A stretch of DNA of 64,000 nt from assembly GCF_009914755.1 (NCBI RefSeq), contig NC_060946.1; one strand, written 5' to 3'. How positions within the stretch are numbered: position 1 is the first letter of the stretch; every line of letters starts with the position of its first letter. The notes under the pieces are model-generated. The model was not told the DNA's origin and ran no database searches. It saw only the letters and a list, made by a program, of their open reading frames with translations. The stretch comes from the human T2T-CHM13v2.0 reference genome, Homo sapiens. Below, one piece after another: positions 1 through 17,265 of the stretch. The position numbers and the translations under genes are program-made.

Positions 1-1013
<1,013 letters not shown>

Positions 1014-1169
1014 TCAGAGACAGGACAGCTGGGAAAGGCTGAGGGAGTGATTGTGGAAATTAAATCCAGCACCTCATGGAAAGCAGCTGACGGGTTGTCA
1101 TATAGTAGGAGCTCAGTAACTGTTTGGTCGGTTGGTCCTGCCTTCTGTCTGATTCCCTTCCTTGTCCTG

Positions 1170-1892
1170 AGCTCAAACTCATTTCTCCAGCTGCTTGCTG
1201 GACATGTCACCTGAGCCACCTCAGTTAAAAATCTTATCTCTAAAATGTTTCTGAGTTCCTCCCCCATTTTCCTCCATCTTTCTGTCGTCATTATCTCTTG
1301 CCTGCATTATTAGAATTACTTCCTAACTGGACTCCCCCCTTACTGGTCTCTCACTTGCTGGTGCACACTTGGCACTGCTACTCAGGAGATCTTTCTAACC
1401 CACAGCCATCTGATCATGTTACTCCCCTGCCTCAGCCTACGGGTGTCTCAATGCCTGGTGCAGAAGGTGTGTCGCTGCTGTCCGTCTGTTGTGCTGCTTC
1501 CACCTCTCATGTAGTCTCCCGACACTCCATGTCACCCATGCTGCTCCTCAACACACTGAGCTGCTTCCTGGTCCCTGAACTTGCCATGATCTGCCACGCC
1601 ACGCTTTGTTCCTCTGGCTAGGATGTCCTTCCTCCTTCTGCAGGCCCAGCACTTGTTGACCTAGCTTGGCATCAGCCCTTTGCAGAACTGTCCTCGGCTT
1701 CCCCAGGCAGTGCTTTATGTTCTCTTCACACAGTCCTAGAGTGCAGCACTTGAGCTGTATTGCAATTAATTAATTTCCTGTCTGCCTCCCCCACTGGGCT
1801 GTGAGCTCACTAGGGGCACCTGTAGTCCTAGTACCCAGCATGAGGCTTGGCATAAAACCTGGGAGAGCCTCGGTGGCTGTTGTTGAATGAAG
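1170..1892 (+). mobile_element. LINE-2 3' fragment
   Basis: tgatcatgttactcccctgc, ctgtgagctc and terminal ttgttgaatgaa are typical of the L2 3' end. Confidence 0.6.
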
Positions 1893-1895
1893 TAG

Positions 1896-2291
<396 letters not shown>

Positions 2292-2854
2292 TGAGGAGGC
2301 CGCGGGACATTTTGGGGTCCCCATTCTTCACAGAGGTTGGTGACTGAGCCTGTGGCACTTGGCGTGTCAGCTCCATCCTTTCCCCTCCTGAGGCGGGGAA
2401 AGAGTGTCCAGGTGTCTGGAGACGTGGGCTCCTTGCTCTAATTCTGCACTTCCCTGTCACTTTGGGAAGAGCACGAGAGAGGCCAGCCGTGCATTCTGTG
2501 GCCATTCTCTGTGGGTGTGTTTCTTTTCCCTTCAGCCTGTGAGCCTGGAAACCAGGGTCATGGAGAAGAGCCTTTTGTGCCTCTGGTAGCCTTGCGGCTC
2601 TTCCTGGCAGCACCCAGAAGCTAGTGGGAGTTAAGGGAGATAGCCGCTGTGGGAGTCTGGGCCCTTCTGATGACTCTACAGCAGCAGCTCTAGGAACCTT
2701 CCCACTGTGCTCCTCCGGCTCAAGGAGGAGCTGTGAGCCGGAGGGGATCGGGGCAAGCCTGGACTTGCGGATCCAATTACTGGGGTTATGATGGTCGCTC
2801 CACCTCACTCATTCACTAACTCTCACATAGATGTATGGGTTCATCTACACGCAG

Positions 2855-3203
2855 GGTAGCAGTGGTGGGCAACGTGGATGCTGGCAAAAGCACGCTTCTG
2901 GGGGTCCTGACACATGGGGAGCTGGACAATGGCCGAGGCTTTGCCCGCCAGAAACTCTTCCGCCACAAACATGAAATTGAATCTGGTCGCACCAGCAGTG
3001 TGGGCAACGACATTCTGGGCTTTGACAGTGAAGGCAATGTAGTGAACAAGCCTGACAGCCACGGCGGCAGCCTGGAGTGGACCAAGATCTGTGAGAAGTC
3101 CACGAAAGTCATTACCTTCATCGACTTGGCTGGTCATGAGAAGTACCTGAAAACCACTGTCTTCGGCATGACAGGCCATCTGCCTGACTTCTGCATGCTC
3201 ATG
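2855..3203 (+). CDS. GTPBP1: GTPBP1 coding exon (exon 4) with P-loop GNVDAGKS and DLAG motif
   Basis: gcag|GGTAGCA acceptor; ATG|gtgagt donor; 349 nt; within ORF 2835..3314. Confidence 0.96.
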
Positions 3204-5119
3204 GTGAGTGGGAGGCGCCCCAAGGAGGGGAGGCGTCAGCAGGGCTGCTTGGGTCTGGTTATGTGCAAGTCTGAAACTGTTCTGAGACTGAGGCCTGTTG
3301 GTTTGGGGCTTTGACATCGGGTGAGGCTGGCAAGTTTTGCAGGGGTGCCCAGTCCTCTGAGTAATGGTCTTCTCAAGGCTTGAACCTTGATCTCTCCCTT
3401 ACATTAGACTAGGGAAGGTATCCTCTTGGTAAAAACCAGGTACCCTTGAAGACCTGTCTTATTTTTTGCAGAGGCATAGAGGAGGGTTTCTCCTGGGCCT
3501 TACTTGTTACCTTCAGAAATGTTTTCTGCAGAGGATTGGGCTACTTTGAGGAGGTGACACCAGGTAGGTAGTACCTTCAGAGGGGCAGGCCTGGGGAAGA
3601 AACGGAGAAGACAGCCATAGGAGGCACAGGCCACAGTCGAGAGGCCCTGAGAGGTGGCCTCCTGGAGCCTGGGAGGAGGATCGGCCAGTGCACAGCCCTT
3701 GTTGAGAGGCTCCTGTGTGTCTGGTACTATGTGAGGTCTGATGATACAGCAATGAACAGGGCTGTCCAGAGGCTCCCAAAAAGCTTAGGGTCGAGCGTGA
3801 TTAAATTTTTAAGCAGCTATTCCTGCTCGGAACATTAAAAACAACCAAAAAGTGTTTAAGCAGCTCATCTAATAGATTAACTGAGAAAGAAAGGGAGCAG
3901 AGGGCTCTGTGTTGGATCTCATTGCTAAGCTTGCCTTTGTGACCCACTGATCTTCCTCCCTGGACAGACAGTGGGAGTGCTGAGGGGAGCGGCAAGGCCT
4001 GTAACCTTGTGCACATCTCCACAGCTTTCACAGCAGGAGTAAGGAAGAGGGAGGGCGGGAAGGGACAGAGTCAGAGACACACATGCCTCGAGTGTTCCCT
4101 TGGCAAGGCCTTCCCAAAACCCTTCCCCATTTCTCGATTCCTTCAGCTGCCTGTATTAATAAATGTAGTAAACATAAGCATCTGTTCATAGCAAACTTGA
4201 TCAAGTTGCTGCACAAACACAGGTTCTCAAGCAAATTCTCCCTAAACTGGAGAGCAGTAAAGAGAGGCAGAGCCGTGTGAACACTCGTAGGCTCTCTGCC
4301 TGAGGCTTTTGGGACCTCAGCATGCCTTCATTTCCCATTTCCTTCAATGTTGCAAAGGGCCATGACCAGCTTCTTGACTGGGCTGAGGAAAGCTGCTTGC
4401 CAGGAAGGGATCTTAGTGGAAGATCCAGAGGGCGTATTTAGGGGAGTTGTTGGGTTGATATTAAGAAGGGTATAGAAACTGGTTGAGAATAAGCATTTTT
4501 CCAGCTGAGCTACAGTGAGTAAGACCAATTAATGGAAATATCTTCACCCTGGACAAAATGTTACATATATATTATCTGACTTTTTGGTTGTGATCCAAAT
4601 GTTAACCTTTCTGTAGAAAACAATGAAATATTTCATTATAGTCCCATGGCATTTGACTTCTAGGAAAAAATATTTAAAATATATAGAAAACAGCCGTAGA
4701 GCACTCTCTTCTCCAGGTTGGGAAGAGCAAAAGCAAGTCTGCATTGGGTTGGAAAGGTGGCCGAAGGGCACAGGAAGACGTCGGGAAGACTGTGGAAGTG
4801 TCCTGGTGGAGGGAGAGGGAAGTGCCAGCTGGGGTGACTCATCTAGGAGCCATGGAAACTCAGTGGGCGTCTCCGTGACACACTGGAATGGATAGGGCAC
4901 TGTGTAAACACATCATGGCAGCTTTTCTTTCAAATTTTCTTCTGGTTTAGTATGGTACAAAATTGTGAAAAGTTTCCTCCCAGAGGCAACCAGTGTTTCC
5001 AGTTTCCTGTGTACCTGCCAGAGATATTTTGTACTCAGATCAGCAAATGTGTATATGTTCTCTCCCTCCAATTTTAAACATTCAGAAAAGGTGAAAGAAT
5101 AGTATAACCAATACCATAA

Positions 5120-5810
<691 letters not shown>

Positions 5811-6079
5811 AAGTATATATGTTTAGTTTGGTTTTTTTTTTTGTGGCTGAATCACTTAAAAATAGTGGACATGTCTTCATCCCAGACAAAGTCACAATGT
5901 AGACATTGTGACTTTTCACTGCTAAACACTTCAGCATACAGCTCCTAAAAGTGAGGCCTGTCTCCTACTGTTTTTACAATCAAGAAAATGAAGAATAGTT
6001 ACCTAATATCCTCAAATATTTAGTCTGTATTTATATTATTTCAGATGTTTCCCAAATATCTTTCAGCTGCTTTTTTTAA

Positions 6080-6730
<651 letters not shown>

Positions 6731-7099
6731 GAACACTCACCTCTTTTTATGATAGCATTCTATATGCAACTTACATTTTTTTTTCCCCTTAAAAGCATAT
6801 TTTGGAGATTAGTCCATATCAGTAGATAAAAATTTCTTCTTTTGTACAGCACATTTCATACACGTGCCCTGATTTATGTAACCAGTCCTTACGGTGATAT
6901 TTGGAAACATTTATTGTTACTGGAAGGATAGTAATAGTAATAACAGGTGCAATTGCTTAAACACCTAGTTCCTGCTAGTTGTGTGCTGGACCCTTCATGT
7001 GTGTTGTGACATTTAAACATCAAGTGACCCTCTGAAGTGGATATTGTTATCTCCCCATTTTACAGATGGGGAAACTGAGGGCCAGTGATGTTAAGTTGA

Positions 7100-7720
<621 letters not shown>

Positions 7721-7919
7721 GATTCATTTTGATGGCTCAGGACAGTTGTTTCCCTGACTGGGTTTATCTTTTTTATTGTTTGCAAGTCTCCTCCGATTTT
7801 GACGCCCCACATCATCGAGTCAGGGGTTAACGTGATTTTTGCCCAGCCCAGCTTTCATCCACATCTGCTTTTGAGCCCCTGTGTCCACCCAGCAGCAATC
7901 TCTTTCTCTCTCGTCCTGA

Positions 7920-8072
<153 letters not shown>

Positions 8073-8158
8073 TGAAGCCTCCAGCTAGCAGCAGCCCCTC
8101 TGATTGGGGCTGTCACCTGCTGTGCCTTCAGGTGGTCTGCTACCACGGCTTTAGCCCA

Positions 8159-9735
8159 GAAACTTCTTTTCTTTTTTATTTTTATTTTTTTATTTTACAA
8201 TATGTTTATTTTTATTATGTGCTCTACATTGAACACTTCAGCAAAGAAAATAATTATAATAATTTCAAAATGCAATCCCTGGATCCAATAACTATCCTTT
8301 ATAATCCGTTACACTGGTCAGTATCTAGAAATATATGTAGACAAAGTTAGCTAATGAATAAAATAAGTAAAATGACTAGGTAAACTATAAATTTCAAGCA
8401 TGAGGGATCATGCATGATCAGTTAAGTCACTCTGCCACTTTTTAAAATAATATTCACATTTGCTTCAATCACATAAACATTCATTGCAGGAGTTAAATTT
8501 GACTGCTGATAACAATTGAAAGCTGTGATCTTTGTTAGCTTAAAAGAAAATTCAGCTTAATACAAAGACATTCAAGATGAAAATTTCAGGACCCTTGATC
8601 AGAAGCTTTCAATGTGTGTTGCTCCACTTTGTTGTAGGCAAGCTTCAAGTAAGGCTAAGACAGAAGAGTGTTTCTACTGAAGATGTGATCTAAGAATTGC
8701 CTTCTACAGAGGCGAATTATATTCTGTAGAAACTAGCTAGCCACCAAGATGTTACCAATAAAGGATTCCTTATACTAGCAACTAACCATGTTTAAAAGGC
8801 CTTAGCCATTTAGAGTAATATTTATGAGTACAAGCATAATTGGTTCCTTGCCTTCTACAGATAATCATCTATAAAATGATAAAAGCAGGCTTCAACTGTG
8901 TTTCTTCTCTGGGGTGAGAAGGTGCAGATACACATGGGTGATCTACTGATTTACCTTCTGAAAGTACTCTTTGGAAGCAGCTGGATTTGGCTTGATTGTA
9001 GGAGAATCCAGTGTCCAGTTTGCTGGGCAGACTTCTCCATGGGTTTCTACATACTGGAACGCCTTCACCAAGTGGAGGGTTTCTTCCACGCTTCGGCCCA
9101 CTGGGAGGTCATTGACGCTCAAGTGCTTGATGACTCCATTGGGGTCAGTTATGAAGAGACCTCTTAGTGCAAGACCAGAACCTTCTAACAGCACACCGTA
9201 GTCTCAGGAAGTTTGCTCAAATCTGACAAGAGTGGGATGTTCATGTGGTCCAAACCACCATTATTTCTTGGTGTATTTATCCAGGCAAGATGACTAAAGT
9301 GGGAATCCACTGAGACCACAACTTCACAGTTCACATCATGAAATTCCTTAGCTTTGTCACTAAAAGCAACAGTTTCTGTAGGACCACGAAGGTGAAATCC
9401 AAAGGATAGAAGAAAAGCACCAAATTATTTCCCCTTAAAGTCATCAAGGCTTAGGTCTTTGAACTCTCCATTGACAATGGCTGTACCCTTAAAATAGGGT
9501 GCATGCTGGGCGACAGCAGGTGCATGGTATGAGGAGCTGGTGCTAAAGAATTTTGCTTGACTGGAACCAGACCATAATATGTTTGTCAAGCTCGTTCTTC
9601 CAGAAGCAGCAAGCTTGAGGGCTGCAGTGGCAGAAATGCCCCAAGGAATGGCACTCACATGTCGGGCAGCCGATGCTCAGAGTAGCCTTCCCACAGCAGC
9701 TACCATCTTCAGTGCACGCGGGCGAAACTTCCTTT
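8159..9735 (-). pseudogene. PRDX3P1: Processed peroxiredoxin-3 pseudogene, antisense within a GTPBP1 intron
   Basis: Intronless PRDX3-like peptides (SAIPWGISATAAL...APYFKGTA; [32 protein letters not shown]...HGEVCPANW...KEYFQKVNQ*). ATG at 9706 with TGA at codon 10, frameshifts, 3' UTR, AATAAA (8205-8210) and decayed poly(A). TSD-like GAAACTTC(C)TTT at 8159 and 9724. The P1 suffix is from recall. Confidence 0.92.
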
Positions 9736-10497
9736 GTCTTGTACTTAGGTCTTGGCCTGAATTTCCATCAGCCCAGAATCTTCTGCTACTTCCTCCCCTA
9801 TTTAGTTCTTGGTCTGAACACAGCCTAGAATTATCCTCTTCCTTGTTCCTTCTGGTTCCAAATGCAGAAATCTTGAGATCCTGAATCTGGCACCTCTTTT
9901 CAGGTGACCCCAGGCAGAAGGAGTTGGGCTCTACCAGCTAAGCTGGATATATACGGGGAAGTTTGGACAGAGGGTCTGATTACCTTTTGCCACCAAAGCT
10001 TTGACACAGGGTTGCAGGACTAAGCCTTCATGCCTTTCTCCCTCACTGCTAAAGATTGTAGAAAAGTATCCCTTTGGGAAGCCTCATAATAAGGGTCTCT
10101 GTAGACTTCTAAATGTCTAAGAGATCCTTTTTGTTGGATGAGATTTTTTTCCAGGAAGTAGTGCATTCTGAGAACTGAAGTGTGAAGTGAATTGTTTTTC
10201 TTGGGGACCCTCAAGTCACATGCTTACAGGAGGCAGGTCGTCTAGACACAAGAGAAATCTGCCAGGTTTCAGACGCAGAACCCTAGAAAAGAGGCCCCAT
10301 CTGTGCTTTTCTTACTCTAGCAGCACCCAAAGTTTTGATCCTCCTTTTTGCTTCTCCAGGCATTGTGGCATTTAACACTGGTCCATCTATCTGTCTGTCT
10401 CCTGCTTGCATCAGTAATGAGTGGACCCATCTTGCTCTTAAAGCCTGGCCAAAGAGAAGGCTGTGTCCCCCTAATTCTGTTCCATTGCACCCTTTAA

Positions 10498-10614
<117 letters not shown>

Positions 10615-11079
10615 TAACGCGTGGGGAGCGCACACTTCAGACAGGCACCCTTGCAGGCAGGACCACAGTGAGTGATGGGCCTGGAATGGCTGTCAGTTTG
10701 GGCATAAGGTCTCATGAAAACACCACATCAACACCTCTCCCTATTCAGAGATCGGAGGAAATAGAAGCTTCCAATCTTAGCGCAGGGTCTCCCAAGCCAG
10801 CATTGTTGCCCAGGGGTAATATCACGTAACCCAGATTGTGAGGTGCTGGCATTCCTGGGGTTGGCATCCCGGCTGAGACTTCAGTGTCCTTATCTGTGAA
10901 ATGGGAATAACATTCCCTTCCCTGTAGGGCTCCCGTGAATGTTGGAAATGAAGTATGTAGAGCACTTAATGCCCTGCCTGGCTGATGGATGGTAAATACA
11001 CAGCCATTTTTGTAACTCAGTTTTTTATACTGTTGTTCCTCAAAAGCTCACTAATCAGATCAGTTTTGGCATTTACTCA

Positions 11080-12060
11080 TTAATGTATTCTTTCATTCCA
11101 TAAATATTTATTGGATGTTTGTTCTGCGAGACTCTTCATCTAGATGTTGAGGATTCAGAGTTGAATTGAACACAATCCTTGTCCTCAAGGTGTTCAGCTC
11201 CTTGGTGAGAGATGCTCTCTCGATAATGGTGAACTCTACTAACTCTGCCTGTTTGCCCAGAGCTTGGTCTATAGCGCCAGGCCCAGAGCAGCCTGGCTTT
11301 TTGCCTATGCCTCTGCCCTGATGTGATCTTCAGTACCATCAGTTAGCCTGCAGAGGGGGCACATTTCAGACAGCCCCATTTGAGCTTGTTGATATTCTTG
11401 AGTGCCTATTCTGTGCAGGCACTATTCTAGGAGCTGTGGGGAATGTGTGATTCGTGATCTCAAGGATTTTAATTCAGTCACCCTGAATAGGAGCAATAGA
11501 GGCCATTTACAGGACTCTGATGAAAAATCAGATGCAGTCATGTGTAATAGAGAAAAAGCTCTCCAGGAACTCAGAGGAGTCAAGAGTGTCCACCCAGGAA
11601 GGATTTCATGGAAGAAGTGGTATTTGAGATGAGCTCTGAAGGGTGAGAGGGCCTGGTAGTTGCATAAAAGGGAAAGAATTCAGGAAGGAAGGTCAGAGTG
11701 AGCAAATCCACAAGGGCAGAAAAGTTCCAAAGTTTTAGGAGAAGGGAGAGTTCTCTGGTGTGGCTGGAATATAGGAATTTGCGAGAAGTGAATCTGCAGA
11801 GATGGCTACAAGCCCAAGCCAAAGGGCTGTGAGTGTTGGGAGAGGGATTTGGGGTATCTTCTCTGTGGTGGAAAGGCGGTTAAGGATTTTAAGCAAGCAT
11901 GCGTGTGTTTTAGGAAGAAGCAGTCATGAGGTTCCAAACTAGGGCAGTGGTGGAGGACAGAGAGGAGAGGACAGGTGTCAGAGACAGAACTGAGTGAGAG
12001 AAGAAGGCCTCAGAGTAGGGCTGGCCAGGAGCTTGCTAGGTCAGGGCAAAGAGGTCAAGC
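11080..12060 (-). mobile_element. LINE-2 fragments
   Basis: ttcattccataaatatttattg L2 tail and purine-rich L2 body motifs; boundaries rough. Confidence 0.55.
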
Positions 12061-12076
12061 CCTTGGAGGCAGGTGA

Positions 12077-12687
<611 letters not shown>

Positions 12688-13414
12688 TAGGCTCTTGGCC
12701 AGATGCCCTGCTCACCCACTCTAGTCCTCATGGCTGCTCTGCAAGGTCGGGATTACTGGCTTCATTTTTACAGATGAGGAAACTGAGGCTCAGAGCCCAG
12801 GGACTTGCCCAAGACACACAGCTTGTAAGTGCTAGAGCGAGGAATGCCTCCTTCTAAGCTCCGTTCCTCCCTCTGGTGCCTGAGCAGGGTGGCCTGAGCT
12901 CAGTGGTGAGGTCAAATAGGAGTATCCCTGCTGTGCAAGGATCCTTCTACATAGGACCATTGGGATCTGCGCCACATCCTCTTCCCATTCAGCCTTCTAT
13001 CTCCTGGGGTTTGGGGTGGGTTGTAGTTCAGGGGTCACCTACCTTTACCCACCAACTAAATTAACCAGGAATAGTAGGACTTTCTTCCCCACAGTGGTCA
13101 GGTCATGCCCACCTGTTGTTCCCCCTGAATGCTTGCCTGCCTTTGCTTCCTCATGCGTCCTTCATGGCCGAGCAGCTGAAGTGCTGATTCCCGCATGAAG
13201 CCTTCCTGACCCCCAGTAGTAGTGTTGAGTCTTCCCATGGAGCACTGAGGGTGCTCGTGCTGTCCACCCTAGAAGGCCTGTGGTCCAGTTGGTGAGGAAA
13301 CCAGGCAGAGTTGGGGTGGTCCCTATCCCTAGAAAGACTCTTGGTCCCTGGGACCAGGGGTGAAACCAGAAGGCATAATTGTCCCTGAGGGCTGGGGCTC
13401 CCTCTTTCTTTCAG

Positions 13415-13550
13415 ATCAAGCGCTCGTCCATCCGGAAGGGCATGGTGATGGTTTCCCCACGTTTGAATCCCCAAGCCTCCTGGGAGTTTGAGGCCGAGAT
13501 TCTCGTCCTCCACCACCCCACCACAATTAGCCCGCGCTACCAGGCCATGG
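13415..13550 (+). CDS. GTPBP1: GTPBP1 coding exon (exon 9), [15 protein letters not shown]...PRYQAM
   Basis: tcag|ATCAAG acceptor; ATGG|gtaggt donor; 136 nt. Confidence 0.95.
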
Positions 13551-14165
13551 GTAGGTGTCTAAGGCCCTGCCAGCCCAGGAGGCCGTCGTGTTAGCTCCCC
13601 TCAGAAGGTGTTCCAGCAACCCAGGCCCCCTAGTTCCAGCTGCAGCTGGGTGGTAGGCCTCCTTCCTGTTTAGTGATGCCGTTCCTTCTGTTCTACCCAT
13701 GAGCCGCAGTGTTGATTCCTTCCCACAAACACTGAGGGCTGGGCTCTTGAGACCCAGACCTGTCCTCAGGGACCTCACATGCAATCCTTCAGCAAGGTCT
13801 GCTGAACGCTGCTATGTGCCCAGCGGTGTTGCTAAGGTGCTGGGAACAAAGATGAAGTAGATGGGCAAGGATCCTTCCCCGCAGAAGCCCACAGTCCAGC
13901 GAGGAGGTGCATGTGCAGTGTGCTGTAATCCCAGGAACTGGGACCCTTGTCTGCCCAGGGCCTGGGGGTGGGGGATGACGGGTGGGCATTAGCTGGAGGA
14001 AAAGGTGGGAGATGGTAAGGCAGGATCAGAGCCAAGAACAGGCTTCACGGGGGTCTGTAGCCCCAGAGATAAGCCCCCACCCTTCCACAGCTTAAGCGTA
14101 TTTCATGCTTTCACTCACTGCCTCCCGTTGTCCTGAAGCCACCAGGTGGCTCCAGCCTATCCTGA

Positions 14166-14447
<282 letters not shown>

Positions 14448-15663
14448 TAGTCACTGCCATGGGAGAGCTGGACCCACTGAGGTGTGGCCTCGGTGCCATC
14501 TCTCTACTCCCTTAGAGGTATCCTGTGGCCTCCTGTCCTGGGCAGTGGTGGTGACCATGGAGAGGAGAAGGTAGGGTTAGGGTATGATCTTCCTCCATAG
14601 AAAACTGGTGACAGAATGTCTGGGCCCAGCCAGGCTCAGCCTCCAGGGTGCTGTCACAGGTTCTTATGGCCTCACTGGGACCATGTCTAAGGTCTCCTCT
14701 CAGAGCAGAGGTCTGGTTGGAGTAAGTGCAGGGGGTTATGGGCGTGAGTTCTCTTGGGGCTTAAGCTGTTGGTGTATCCTGGACACTTGCCCACTGCAGA
14801 CCTTGCCCCTGGTCTTGGAGGGGCATTTGATAGAGGGGTTTGACCCCTGCTCCGTACAAAGGAGGTACTGGCCCCAGCCTATCTGAGATCTTGGAATCAG
14901 TCTTTGGCTGGCCTTGCCTCCAGAAAAGGCCCCCATCCATGGTCACCCTGGGGCTACAGATGTCCTTGAAGGCCTGCATGCTCCTGGGACTGCTGAGTTT
15001 GGCCAAGGCTGCAGCAAACACTGTAATGTCCTCTGGGACTCACTGGGCTTCTTTTGTGCTTTGTATGAGATAGAACTTGGGCCACAAGGGAAGATTTCAA
15101 GTCAGTTACTTCTGGCCAAACTCCAGATGTTTCCAGCTGAGGAGACATTCACTTGGTCTCTTCGGGAGGCCCTGAGTTAACACTTGCCCTAGACTTGTTA
15201 CGGGGGCAGCAGCAGCGTGCTGGGGCTGGAGCTGCAGCATGCTCTGAGGAGTCTCCACCAGCTTAGCAATCAGGAGATCCCGGAGCTCCACTTGCCAGGC
15301 TCTGTGCAGGCTCTGGGCTCTGGGGGCTGGACTGAGCGGGAGGTGGGAGCAAGGTTCACCAATTTCTCTGCAGGAATAGTAGCTGCAGCAGAGAACAGGA
15401 TGGAGCCTTTCTGGGCTGGGCAGAGGCAGGAAGTGAGGCATGAGTCCAGGGCCATAGCAGTCCTCAGCCACTGAGTGGGGATGAGAATGCCTCTTCATCC
15501 CCACTGCCTCCTGTCACAGCCTTCCTGCCATCTGCCTTGCCCTGAACTGGCAAGATCAAGGAATGAGGAGTCTGTGGGAGAAGGGGGCTGAGGGTGGGGG
15601 GTAGCCAAGCCAGTGCCACTGCCCCGCAGCTCCAGCCTCAGCCTCTCTCCATGGCTCCCACAG

Positions 15664-15864
15664 CTCCTCCAGACCACCAACAACTCCCCAATGAACTCCA
15701 AGCCGCAGCAGATTAAAATGCAGTCGACGAAAAAGGGCCCCCTGACGAAACGAGACGAGGGGGGCCCGTCTGGTGGGCCAGCAGTAGGAGCACCCCCACC
15801 TGGAGATGAAGCCTCCTCTGTAGGGGCAGGGCAACCAGCTGCGTCCAGCAATCTCCAGCCTCAG
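15664..15864 (+). CDS. GTPBP1: GTPBP1 coding exon (exon 11), [16 protein letters not shown]...SSNLQPQ
   Basis: acag|CTCCTC acceptor; CAG|gtgagc donor; 201 nt, phase 0-0. Confidence 0.92.
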
Positions 15865-16813
15865 GTGAGCACGGGCCCCTCGCAGCTTCGGCATGGTGGT
15901 GGGGGCTGTGGCTTTTACTCTGATTCGGTGAGGGTGACATGTAGGCAAGCCTCAAACCTGGCTAGAGGGTCTCCTCCACAGCTCTGGCACTGAAGTGCTC
16001 CTAAGAATGAGGCATTTGTCTCTAGAAGCTATAAGGCAGTGCTTCCAAATCAGGGAATACAGCCCACCTGAAACCAGTTTAATTGGCCCTAACTAGCATT
16101 TGGTTTTAATGAAATAAAATAGAACAGAAAAATGTCGAAGCTTCCCTTTCATAGTAAGATTAAGTATTGCAAGTATTGCTGGTGTGAGTGTCCAAGTGAT
16201 ATATGTGTGCACTGCAGTCCAGCAGGTTTGAGAGACACTGCCTTAGAGGGTCCTCCTCTGTCCCCTCCCTGACGTGCACACATCCTGAAGGGGAGGTGGC
16301 TTTGGGATGTGCCAGTGCGCCTCTTACTCGGCATCTCCTGCCAGCTGTCTCCCACAGGCACTCTCTCCTGGCGTGATGAAGGCCTGGTGCCCCTTGCACC
16401 CCTCTCCCCAGCATCTTTCTCCATTGTCCCCTCATTGGAAAAGGAGGCTATGCCTGGATCTGTCTGTCCATTCTGTTATCTGTCTCCCATGGGTCTTTCC
16501 TCTGGTTCGTTCGCTTCCTTTCTCTCTCTCCTGCTCTGCTTTGTGCTTCTCTGAACGGCCGCTTCTCACACCCTCATCATGTGTGTCCTACCCACCCTGT
16601 AAGGAAGGCAGGGCAGGCACTGGCTCCATTTTAGAGACAGAGGGGAGGTGCTGCATGCAGAGTGACCCAGTAAATTCCTGGTCAGGCTAGGGTGAGGACC
16701 ACGCGGCCTGCTCACGCATCTTCCGTCCCTGTCTCCCCGCTGCTCAGCACCTCTGCTCTCTGGCCCTGCTCCTGATGGGCCAGTGCTTCTCAAGCTCCTT
16801 CTCTCTCTTTCAG

Positions 16814-16906
16814 CCTAAGCCCAGCAGTGGAGGCCGGCGACGAGGGGGCCAGCGCCACAAGGTGAAGTCCCAGGGGGCCTGTGTGACTCCTGCCAGCGGC
16901 TGCTGA
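16814..16906 (+). CDS. GTPBP1: GTPBP1 last coding exon, [30 protein letters not shown]
   Basis: Long pyrimidine tract then cag|CCTAAG; TGA at 16904-16906. Confidence 0.93.
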   Translation, partial: PKPSSGGRRRGGQRHKVKSQGACVTPASGC

Positions 16907-17210
16907 ACCTTCCCCTGGCCCACCCTCACCACCCAAGGGGTCATCATCTCTGGCCACCACTCCACCAGATGGGCAGAGCAGCTATGACCGCCACCCAGCC
17001 CTCCCGCTCAGGCCACAGCCGGAGCCTCCGCATTGCCCCCACCCCCATTTTCCAGGGGGGTTGTAATTTATAAGCTGACGAAGGTAGCCAGACTTCCGGA
17101 GGACTGACCATCTCTCACTGTCCTCCCCACCTTCTTCCTCACTCACACATTTTTTGTACATCTGGGCCCTTAGTTTTTATTCTGTTTATTATATGTCTCT
17201 GTCTCTCTCT

Positions 17211-17212
<2 letters not shown>

Positions 17213-17264
<52 letters not shown>
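17213..17264 (+). repeat. (TG)26 microsatellite in the GTPBP1 3' UTR
   Basis: Uninterrupted TG run. Confidence 0.95.

Positions 17265-17265
<1 letters not shown>

Noticed and set aside
4622-4637. Perfect 16-bp palindrome AATGAAATATTTCATT
   Set aside because: About one 8-bp-arm palindrome is expected by chance in 64 kb (64000/4^8), and more in AT-rich DNA.
8943-9658. Peroxiredoxin-like ORFs as a functional gene
   Set aside because: Early stop, frameshifts, lost peroxidatic Cys, poly(A) remnant and TSD mark a processed pseudogene.
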